From Trichinella spiralis (taxonomy: Eukaryota): a stretch of 64,000 bases of DNA. The stretch covers positions 677,383 through 741,382 of the forward strand of contig NW_003526944.1 in assembly GCF_000181795.1 (NCBI RefSeq). Direction: 5' to 3'. The first letter of the stretch is position 1. Each line of letters begins with the position of its first letter. Shown here one piece after another: positions 38,601 through 50,260 of the stretch. The notes under the pieces are model-generated. The model was not told the origin of the DNA. It saw nothing but the letters and a program-made list of their open reading frames with translations, and did no database searches. The translations under genes and the position numbers were made by a program.

Positions 38601-39037
38601 AAATTATTGAGATTTTATTAATGGTGTTTTTAATAATTAAGATTAAGTAATAATAATAATAATGATGATGATAGTTTGGAATGAAAAAAATTACATTGTT
38701 TTATACAGCTCAAACCACATTCTTGGTCGCATATGCAAACATGTCGTGGCTTGCAGTCAGAATCGACAAGACACGAGCGACGACATCTTTGGGAAGAAAA
38801 CAACTCTTGCCAATTATCCGGTCGAATGGGGCAATTAGTGATGAGAAATGCCGTCGCAGCAACATCTTATTTCAGCAACAATTCATAAATCAACAACAAT
38901 AAATGCATATTCCATTTTACGTGAATTTATTGTTAGAAAAAAAAAGGTAGATAAATACCTGGTTTGAGAATGTTATCGTAGAACAAAATCAGTAACACAT
39001 GGAACATTGCAAAAAGGACCATCTGTTCGTTCTTCAT
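29657..39037 (-). CDS. lev-9: Secreted WAP + 16 CCP (sushi) + Ig protein: LEV-9-like N-half and Hikaru genki-like C-half
   Basis: Signal exon from ATG 39037 (MKNEQMVLFAMFHVLLILFYD); WAP exon ~38864-38696 (CRRSCLVDSDC...CICDQECGLSC); 8 CCPs down to ~34150, then QTHP..W..RERR. Further CCPs, an Ig domain (~31890-31450, YRLTIYMARPEDSGTFYC) and 4 terminal CCPs; last exon 29886-29657 ends QEISE*. Whether both halves share one transcript is inferred. Confidence 0.85.
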
Positions 39038-42000
39038 GGTGCTCTTATGCGTTGACAATGGCATGCATGGTTGTTCAAATGGTCATGGTTTTTCTGTCGG
39101 CGACAAGCAGTCGTGTGTTTACTTGTGACCAACAACAATGAGCTTTGATCAAGCTTATGGCCAAAGTGGGTTTTGCTTTTCACAGGGGATTATTAAGAGT
39201 CTAGCGTCTGCCAGCTAGCGTCTTGCTTGATGCCGCTCATCAGTTTCTGCACATTTTCCATAGAAACCGATTTTGACATCTCTTCAAATCAATATATACT
39301 TCGATGATCAAGATTTTCATCGACTAATTGGAAAAAAATATTCATCACAAAACGTCATCTCTCATAAAAGTCCGTCATACTGTTTGTGTTTTGCTCAATT
39401 GATGCACTGTTGTTACTCACTCACCGATTGAGTGATAGATAATATATTCAACTTTTCATCTTCTAACGCAAGTTGCTCAGTAATGTTATTTTGTTTAGTT
39501 GTTATTTTTGCTTTTACTGAAAATTTGTTGTTCTGCTTGCATGTTGCTTCAAAGTGTATAAATTTGATGCTTTTTCAAGGGAAGGGAAATTTATTTATTC
39601 GAAACTGCTGAAAAATATTAAGAGAAACAGTAAGTGCAAGCAAATAAGGCAGCATTTGAATGGAATTATTGAATTTTACACTTGTAAGGGGAAAATGGAG
39701 TTTCTTCGTTTCAGTGCATTAATTTGTGAGCGTTATTTAAAAATAAAATTTATTATCTGCATTTCTCTGACTTTCTGTCACTTTTATATTAATTATTATG
39801 CGATGATGATGATGATGGTGCGTTTTACATTGTAGATTTGCATTTTCGAGCATCTCTATTCTAGCGTTCATAAATGAGATGTATTTGATTGATTCTTTGG
39901 CAATTTTTGAATACTTTTAACGTTTGAAATGTGAAATGCAAAACGACTGCATGTAAAAATGAGTATTTTTCTTCATCCTCTTTCTTGTATATGCAGACGT
40001 ATATGTACGCAGTAATGTGGAAATTAATTTTTTCATGTTCATTTTATCATTTATTTTCAGGATTGCACTTTCAAATGAACGTCGGTAAATTAATTTCAAC
40101 TTTCTGCACCAATAGTGGAAGAATATAATAATATTGGCAGTTTGAAATCAATGAATCAAAATTCCGGTTGTTCATCATTGCTTTACTTCGAACCTGCAGC
40201 TTTTCTGGTAAGTTGACATGCTTTTTCTTAACATATTCTTATTGTTATTATTAACATTCAAATTCTTCGAAAGCGTCGAATTATTGTAACATTGTTTTTT
40301 TTGTGCAAATGTAAAAGCTAAGGGGAGAAAAATTTTATCGGACAATAATTATTCGAGAAATGAGATTTGTCTTTTGCACCCGGTTCGAGAATTCAGCATG
40401 GAAAATTTTATCAGTTATTTTTCAACTATTTATGAAACACAAGTGACAAGCTTTTTAATTGAATTTATCGACACGTCAACAGTGTTCAATACAGACAGTA
40501 TTTTTAATGATGCTCAGGATGGAAGAATAATTTGAAAGGAAAACAAATTTCACATACGAAAAAGAATCAAAAAACTGTGCTTGCTTCACGCGTACTATTT
40601 TATTCCAATAAATGTGCAATTGTGTGAGCTTGACTATTTTAAGTTTTCCATTTCGTTTATTATCTATTAATTGCATTGTCGCAGTGAATACACATTAAAA
40701 AAAAATTTTTTTACTTGCTCTAATGAATGTAAAAAAAACAAATAATGTTCCATTTATTTATATTTTTTCATAGAAAAATTTTTTGTAAATGAATACCATT
40801 CTTCAGTGATTGTTTGTCAGTGAGCAGAATAGAACTGGCTTAAAATGCGCGTTTAACGAGAGAAGAACATTTATAGCTAATAGAGCATGAAACTGCCGGG
40901 TTCGGTTGACTAATTGAAAATTGTTTTTAAACTAGCGTCAAAATGTTCCAAATAGTTATAACTTTATTGATGACTGAAATTGATACCAGTGACGTGTTTT
41001 GTTTAACTTTATTGTGCATTTGTGCAAAATATATATGCCGGTCAAAGATACCATCTCATTATGAAATGACGTCTTAAGTTTCAGTTGGATTATTAAAAAT
41101 TGTTCTGTCAGTCTGAAATCAAACATTGGCGTAATTATATCTGTGTAATACCTACTTTTTCGTACAACATTTGACAGTTGGTGTGATTTTTTTGGTTTTG
41201 TTGCTGTACTTGGCAATTTTTTTCCCCAATTTGCAATCATGTGCTTCTGAATTGTGTCATGTTCATTTGCAGTGCGTGTGTAGTATGGATGATTAATACA
41301 ATGAAATTTTATTATTTAGTACTTTTGAAAAATGTGAAAATTGCAGTGCAAAAAAATACACTTTCTGCTTTCATTACTGAATGTTCAAAAGCTGGTGGTT
41401 GTAGAAAGTTTTTTTTGTTCAAATGAAATTATAATTTTTCGTATCACACTTTCATATGATAATGCTTTGAGCAATTTTTGACATGATTTGATTATCAATT
41501 GCTACATTTTTACAATCGTCATACGGTGGTGTATTTTTCTCACTGTCCTTCCGTTGGGAGGTTTGGTATGATTTCAGAACAAAACAAAAGCAACAAAAAG
41601 GAACCTACTGCTTCAATAGAATATTAATATCGAGCTGAGCTCACTTGAAACGGTTATTATTTTTTCAATTGTTATGATGCGTGAAGAGGTAATGAATCAT
41701 TAAAGCTGACACTGTGGAAAACAATGAAAAATTTTTTTATTTTATTCACTTTGCACTTAATGTGTGTGCAGGATGCACTTTTTTAATGAACAGTAGCAGG
41801 ATGCTCGCTGTTCATGCACACTGGCATGTAGTATAAAGATGAGAGGTGTTTGAATTGATGATGATAATAATCGCCGGATTTGACCCTGAAAAATGAGCCT
41901 GCAATAATCCCAACTTCCTTCTTATCCAATCGATGTGTTGTTTATACAAAGAGCTAATTTTGTTTTTTTAAAGGACTGAAATGATAAGGTTAAACCAAAA

Positions 42001-42780
42001 TTTCCCTCCACAACACTTTGGTAGGCAGGTAGTTATGACTGCTTTGCAATTGTTAATTGCAATTAAATGTGTTGTAATCAGTTCCTGTTATCATTATTAT
42101 TATTAGCTGATAATTATTGATATTGTTTGGTTGTTTCGATTTTTTGAGAGATTTTTATTTTTGTAATGAAAAATATCGCTGTACAGGTTTTCTCAAGAGG
42201 AAAATTCTTTTTGTGCTATTTCTGCTTGTTACTATAACGACCTGTGAGTGAATATATTTTAAAATGGTGTCAACATCTGAAAAAAGCTCTTGTCAACAAC
42301 GACTACCGGCTGAGTTTGAGTAGAGAAAGAGAGATTCACAAATATTTACTGAAATCAAAAATTTCAAAATTAACACAAGTTGTCATGGTAATGTCGTTCA
42401 TGGATAGTCCAGAAAGTCTGCAATTTTTGTTTTTTGTCTTTTAGATAAATAAGCATATATCATTTGTTTAATTTTTTGAATTGTTGTTGGATACTGTTGT
42501 TTGCGACTGGTTTAATTGGTCCTTGGTTCAAAGTTGACCAATAGAAACTGGTCACCAGCTGAAGTTGATTTTACCTGTGTCATTTATTCTTCGTTCGTTC
42601 ATTATTGGAGATCGGTTGTCTTGAACCATCCATCAGGTAGAGCTTTTTTGCCGGCAATGATAATTGACAGGGTCAAGGCGTGCATGCTGGTGATTCACAT
42701 CTGTAACAAACAACAAATGCTCGCAGAATTTCTTTCGTTCTGAATTTCAGTTGTGAATTTTGTAATTTTTCAGTTTAAAA

Positions 42781-42781
<1 letters not shown>

Positions 42782-42840
<59 letters not shown>
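42782..42840. repeat. (TA)n microsatellite, about 29 units
   Basis: Uninterrupted TA run in the intergenic region. Confidence 0.97.
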
Positions 42841-42845
<5 letters not shown>

Positions 42846-44874
42846 ATTTTCTTTCGCTTTTCCTTTTTCATCTGAGGAATAATGTACAATAGTAACTTAA
42901 TGATTGATAGATGAATGAAATAATTTTGAAAATTTCAATATACCAATTGGTGGCGCACAGATGGTGACGCCGAAATGTTTTCCAATTGAAAGCCAGGTGT
43001 ATTCAAGCATAACAGCTTACATTGCTTGAAATGAAGCGAAAAAGCGCAAGATTTTCACTAATCATCGGTGCACGGCAAAGGACAAGAGCATTGAGACCAA
43101 ACGTTTGGCCAAAAGGAAGGAACGAACCATTTTCAGGACAATTAATTGTTTGTTGTTTGGAAAAGTGGTTTTGATTGAATTCTTTCTTTTTCAAAAGCAG
43201 AAGAAGACACATGCACAGCACAGTACACTCATTCATAGTCAACGGTGTTGAATGAACAAAGCGGCCAGTGGTCACCAGTGGAGCAAGGTCGTAGTGACCG
43301 TCTGCTGAGCGAATGATAACAATAACAAGAAACCATTTTTGACCCTCAATCGCCCGTATCAATCTCCACAAAAAGAACGCGACCGACCGATCAAATGTGG
43401 CGATACGGTGTGATGACAACTTTTTGACTGGCAACTATTTTTACAATATATATCAAGTTGGAATATTAATCACTTTTATTAATTTTTTGTGTGATTTGTG
43501 CAAGATCAACGGTCGAAAAATGAAAAAAAAAACAAACTGAAATTAAAACTGCTTTGCTGAAGCCAGTAAAATCTTTCAACTATTTCAATGATTTCGTTGA
43601 CGACAATTATTATTGTGATTTTGAAAACTTTTTTCCAAGCAAAATTTGATTTGGAGCAAAGTAAATTGTGAAATTGGTAAAATGATAAGATAGACCATTG
43701 CAGAAAAAAAGTGATGTGGATCGATTTGGTTAATTTTCATTTCAACATCAAATTTTTGCATAGCTTGAATCATTGCATAGCATTGTAAACCAAGTTGATC
43801 ATTTATTTATTCGATATTCTCAGATTGAATTAGTGATTTTAAATCTAGTCACAAGCTGGTGAAAATATTGCAAATAGGAAATTTATGATTTAATTGACGT
43901 ATAATTGTAAAGCAACAAGCATTGTGAAAAATTGTAAAGCTGACCAAATTGGAAAACGTCACGACACGTGGGATTAGTCAGTCACACATCGAACGCACGC
44001 TTCAATGCTTTAATATGGAAATGAACAATCTCAGGGGATTGTGATATCTCCGAAGCGTTGTTATCTCAGAGGTGATCGTAAAAATTATCTACAGTCAATC
44101 ATTATCTTCACTTTTATATCCATCCACATGCACAGACAAATAGAGTGGTGGTATAGTGAACTTGGTGTATTTTCTTTTTTTCATTTTAACATAACTTAGG
44201 GATAGGTTTTTCTTTCCATCATTCGTACAGTGTTGGATATGAATTCATTTTGTGAAAAATATGTTTTTAATTATTTTGAAGTTTTTCCATTTTTAAGTGA
44301 CGTATAGTAGAAAAAAAGCAATGAATTTATTCAATTATTTATTTCAATTTTGGAAAAATTTTCACCATCCACTGATGATGATTCATTCTGTAATTGCGAA
44401 AACCAATGTAAATGGCTTTATAATATTTCAAATGAAAAATTTATTTTTTTTTAAAAACTATTTTTTCCATTTTCTAACATCATAACGCAGAGTGTGATTT
44501 TACGATTCAAACATGATTTAAAAAATGGCTTATTTTATTTATCTATATTCTTGGATGAACGAACTTTTTATTAGCACATAATAGTTGTAATTTGGAATTT
44601 TTGAAAATTGTTTTGAGGAATATTTTTTTCTTGTATAATTAAAAATATCAAAAACGTGACGTTAAAAAATTTAGCACACGTCAGTCGACCTTGAGAATAT
44701 TTTGCAAAAATGTTTAGCAATTCTGTCATTGGTAACAGGAGAAATATTTAATGTGTTCAATTTAAAATTTTATAGTTATTCGGAAATTTTGTTAATGCAA
44801 CAGCAAGCTTTGTTTTCATTTATTATTCTGACCTTATTTTTATTGATGGACAAGGTCGCCAGTATTCAGTGAAA

Positions 44875-44896
44875 TATATATATATATATATATATA
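44875..44896. repeat. (TA)n microsatellite
   Basis: About 11 TA units. Confidence 0.85.
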
Positions 44897-47750
44897 GTTT
44901 TTGTTGTACATTTGTATCTTTTTGATGTTCAAAAAGTGTAATGATCATCAGTGAACACTCAAATTTGCCTCTTTCTGCTGCTAATTCTTCTTTAAAATGG
45001 TTGATATTTAGAATGTCGACAATTAATCAATTTAAAATTAAAATAAAATAAAATAGCTCAAACGATGAGTGAGCGAGTGTGGAATGCAACAGGTGCTTGA
45101 AAATGGTGATGAACTGTTGTCAAGAAATTGAGCAATAAATGTCTGCACTCCAGTAGCGCAAGCTTTTAAAAATGGATCGATGGATGGATGGGGCAGAGAA
45201 GTTTCCACAATTCAGTTAATCAAAGCTCAATCGAATATCACACAGCCTCACGTTCAAGCTAATGACAATGAAAATTTGAATCTCGCCATTGTGCGGAAAA
45301 TATTAAAGAAGGGTTCAGCCGGTCAATATGCGCCGGACAAGAATTCGGCACACATGGGCAAAAGGGCGCGGCATTTTTGGTCGCTTGCATGCTATATGAC
45401 ACTGCTTGTGAAGTGTAAGATGTGCTTCAAAGTTTGTCAATTAATGCTCTGCCAATCGTTGCTCAAGGTCATCACGCATGCGACAAGCAAAGCTGAACAT
45501 CGACGAGCTTTTTGTCTTCTCAAACTACACATAACTAAATTTCTAAACCAATTTCTACATCATCCATAACTATTTATCTATCAATATATATTTGAAAAAA
45601 TATTCAGAAAATAATTTTTTTTCTTTCTTTTTATTATTATATTTCTTATTTCATCAATTTTGAAGTGAATTAATTTTAAATTACGAAACCAAGAAAACGT
45701 TGATGAAGAAATTAGTATTCTTTTTACAGAATTTGCACAGTTTGTGTTGAATGTATTTTTATTAGCATGAAATGAATGTGATGCAAGCTAAACAAAAAAG
45801 TTCACAGTTAGTCACTTTTATGTTGGTATACTTTTTTTTTGCTTTTTTACACAATTCATTGTTCACTTTATCAAACTTAATAATCAATCAGTTGTTGTTA
45901 GTTTCAAAATAAGTTTATGTATATTTTTTTTCGTGATTTCATGATCACTTATCAGTGAATCAGTGATTGAAAACTGAATTGGAAACTGTTGAATTGCAAC
46001 AATGTGGATTTGAAATGATTATAACGTTGTATGGTTTGAAGTCCCCGCATTGATGAAGTCTAACTGCGTAATAAGCATCAAGTAAAAAACAGTTTCTCAT
46101 ACATTAATGTTTACTTATTTTTATAAATTTCTAAAGATCAGTTTACATCTGTGTTGAACTTTTTTTTGTGGTTGTGAATAATATATCAATTTATCTGTAG
46201 TTTTAATTCTATTTCACGTCAAGCTTATACCATTGGTGGTGGTGATGATGTTGTATTGTTTACCCTTAGTGTGTAGTGTTTTGCCGCTTGAATGTAGATT
46301 TCATTGAAACACGTAATAGTGACTTTATCAGAAATTACTATGAAAGGTAGAAGAAAAAAAAATAAAAATAAAAAACAGCTTGATTATTCATATCATTACA
46401 ATTTGTAAACTGTTGGTTAAAAAACTCATTGAAAAGTTATCTTTTAAATTTTCCATTTGACACATCTGTTTCTGGGGATGATTTTTTTTCTCTTTTTGAT
46501 CATGATTTATAGATTATTGTGATATATTGGAATTTTGTGAATATGTTATTTTCAGTTTTTATTTCATGAAAAAAAGGAAAACATTCAATTTAAAAAATTT
46601 GAAATCAGAACAAATTAATCATTAATTTCAGCAATGTGTTGTGGATGAAATTCGTGTGAGAATGGATGAATGTGAATTCACAGGATAGATAACTAACGAA
46701 TTTGCTGTTTAGTTTTAATATTTCATAATTGAAAATTTGAATAAAAACTATTGTTTCCAATAAATATATGTAATGAAATAGTTGTAGTAATTGAAATTAT
46801 AAATTGCATTCTTTGCAAGCAAAAATATTCACATCGTTAAGGTAACTTGTGATTGTGATGAACAATGATGATTGATGAAATATTGTTTGAAGCAGTTATA
46901 ATAATGTGGCCGAGTGAAATGTTTCTTTTCACCAATGAAAATCAATAATTTAATTTCCACTTGAAAAATGACCTACGATTTATAATTTCAAACAATGCAC
47001 GCAATATGGAATGTATCCGCATATGGAAAACTTAAGCTGATTGTGATTTAAAGTCAGAATTGTTTAAATTATTATTTGAAATTTTAAATGAATTGTAATT
47101 TTTTGTTTTTGTATTTCAGGTGTGTTGGATTTTTGAGGAACAAAAAAAAATTGGTTGATGAAAAGTGTGAATCATGAAAATTTAGATGTGAAGTTTTTTT
47201 TAAACATATATTGGTTTGTGTATAACAGAAAAAAAGAACAAAAAATAGGGAAGAAATTGGAAAACAACAACGGATCCAATATGAGTGGGTTGATTGTCAG
47301 GCGTTCGACCTTTGCCATTGTCGACCAATGAAAACGGGACTATCGATTTGATGGGACCAATCAGCTCGCGAGGAGATGAACATTAAAGGTTCAGACGCCG
47401 TCTGGTGTTGGTGGCCGACCCGTTGTCATACAAAGTTTTGAGGCGAAGGAGAACGGCGCACACGAGAGAGCACGCGAGCATTAAAGCCAGTTTATTATTA
47501 CCCAACCGGTCGTCAAAGCGCGTGGTAAGAAATAAAACTTGTTCTAGCAAGTGTCATCGAAGTCTGTTGGTATTATTGGTTGGAATTTCAATTGTCAGCA
47601 TTTTAGAGTTGCTTTTACTATACACTTTGTACCTAGCAATCAGTTTGAGTAGTCGTTCAGCAGCAGTTGCCGTCATTTCAGTCCAGACACTTTTTGCAAA
47701 AGGGAAAAAAATTGTTCAATTGTCACCATATTTAACGAACAAACGAACTC

Positions 47751-50260
47751 ATGCGGCAACAACAACAACGACGGTCGTTGGCCATTGTGATGTTATTTAG
47801 GATATTGACAATTTGTCTTTTTCTCAAAGTAAGTAGCAGCAGCACCAGTGTTGACGCGGTTCGGAAAAAATGTACATTCAGCGAGGAGTGTTGGTGTTCA
47901 TCAGAAAGTTGTAATCTGCCAACTACAGCACGTTGTATGAATTTACATGAAATACCACAATTCAGCGAAAACGATTGTCAAATTATATCGATTCTGTTGG
48001 AAGGGGATTTCAGTTCAGTGTCCAAGGATCAGTTTTTCATGTTCAAAGACACCTTAAAAGAGTTGACCATTTCAACCATATCCTCCCAGCCGTTGGTAAT
48101 TGATGACATGGCGTTCAATGGTCTAGCCATTTCTGAGATTGAACGATTGGAAATTAATGCCGGTGGAAAAATGTCCGAAGTACCGTCGGCGGTTCAGAAT
48201 TTGCAGAAGTTGAACACGTTGATCATCAACGGCACCGACATTAAAAGTTTGAACGCCTTGTTCGCGAAAAATACGTCTTTGCACACGCTGCGCATATCCA
48301 ACTCGCAGTTGATGAACATTGATTTGAACGCGTTCACATACTTGCGTTTTTTCACCACCCTGGAACTGCCCGGAAATAAATTGAGTCAAATTCCAAGGGA
48401 CGCTCTGGTGCCTGTCCAGAAGACCCTGCGTTCGCTCGATCTGAGCTATAACGAGATAACGTCAGTGGACGACGGCGCGTTTGTCGACTTTGAACGACTC
48501 AGACAACTCAACTTATCCAACAATCCGATAGCGCTGGTCAGCAACGGCGCCTTCGCCAAATCTGCCAGTCTCCTTTCGACGTTGGACCTTAGCCACTGCC
48601 AGTTGGAGAGCATCCCGAGCGGTGCGTTGGTTGGACTGAAATTGCTCAGGTATTTGAACGTCAGCTTCAATCGTATAGCCCATTTATCTGAGGCGAGTTT
48701 CGGCAATATGACAAGCTTGATCAGCGTCGACTTGACCAACAATCCGATCAAAACCATAGCCGTCGATGCGTTCTACGGTGCCAGCTTTCCGAGCGTTACT
48801 CTTTCCAATACTGAACTACAACAGCTCGATTTGGCCATTTTTGGCACCTTGACCGCTTTGAGAGAATTGCAAATTTTCGACAGTCCGTCGTTGCGGAAAT
48901 TGTACGCCAATTTTTCTACAAGCGGCTCCACGTCCATAGACGTCGAGTTGCGCAACGTCGGCACGTTGGAATTGGATCGGTCGTTGTTCGACTGGTTGCT
49001 GAAGCCGACGTTCAGTTTGAAAATCCACCCCAACGAAACTGTCCATTGTGACGCTACTAGTGTGGGCTGGTTGACAGCCGTGGTCCGCTGTTTCGGCGTT
49101 ATGCCCCTGGATGTGAATAACATCTATTGTGCACCACCGACACGAAGAGGTGATGACAGTGATGGTGATGATGATGATGTTGGTGTTGGTGACGCGCCTT
49201 CGGCGAACAAGACGTTCGTTTTCGATGCTATCGTTAAAACTGTTATCAATTGTGAACACTACTCCACCACTACCACCACTTCTACCACAGAAAGTGTCCC
49301 AGTCAATAATATTGTCGGAAGTAAGCATTTTTCTGTTTTTTTTTAATTTTTATTCAAAAGCAAGCTAGCATTTTATTTCAACATTTCCACTTACTCGTTC
49401 TTCTTGCTCTCTCCTCTTCATCCACTGAGGTGGTTATTGGTGGACAAACAGTTTAGTGGTGGACATTATCCACAATAATAATTATTATTATCATCTGTTT
49501 TTTTCTTTTTCTCTTTTTTCATCGCAGCAATTTTTTTGTCCAACGTTAAAATTGTGTGGTGCTAATCTTTTTTTTCATGTTGCTGAGTTTGCTGCTAATC
49601 AACTGGCTAGCTATAACTTTTCCCATCATCTTTGGTTGGTTAGTTGGTTAGATTTTAGCTATCAACCGACGGAAATTCGGCAAAAGTTCCAATTTATATA
49701 ATTCAAAGCTTTAAATTCAATTGTCCATAGCAAATTGCTGCTGACGACAGGCGTCCGTCCATTTTTAAAATATGTTGCGTTCGTTTGTTTCTCTTCGGCA
49801 ACAACCGAATGGAGAGATGATGTTAAAAAAAATTTTCTTTTATTTATTTGATAATTCGACTATTATTACTGGATGGATGGGGGATGTGAGTGTTGGATAT
49901 TTTTCTTCATTTTATTACAACAACACGAGCAAGCCGAGTGCAAACACATCTCACTAGTCGAGTAGTAGACCAGATGTTTTCAAATTGATTCTTCGAATGG
50001 CTCATTAATCACGTTGTGGGATGCAGTTGACAGTTTAGGAAAATCAAGCATAACAGAACAAACAAAAATGAGCAGTTTTAATTTCAACTGTTTTTTTCCT
50101 TGATACAAATCAGCAAATTTAATATATAAATAAATATATATATTGCATTTGTATTTCAGATCAAAACAACGCTGGTTCAACAGTATTACCGGGCAGTAGT
50201 TTCATGTACAGTGTGGCTGTTGTTGTTGTTGTTGTTGCAACAACGTTGGTTGTTTCATAA
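47751..50260 (+). CDS. Extracellular leucine-rich-repeat protein, probably GPI-anchored (2 coding exons)
   Basis: Exon 47751-49320: signal peptide, Cys-rich N-cap, typical LRRs (LRSLDLSYNEITSV, LRQLNLSNNPI, LRYLNVSFNRI), C-cap (VHCD..GW..C) and Thr-rich stalk. Phase-1 splice to 50160-50260 gives NQNNAGSTVLPGSSFMYSVAVVVVVVATTLVVS*, a hydrophobic end with no cytoplasmic tail. Confidence 0.88.

Noticed and set aside
39100..47400. Many 60-143 aa ORFs in the long intergenic region
   Set aside because: F/I/K/L/N-biased sequences typical of AT-rich non-coding DNA; no transposase, reverse transcriptase or terminal repeats seen.
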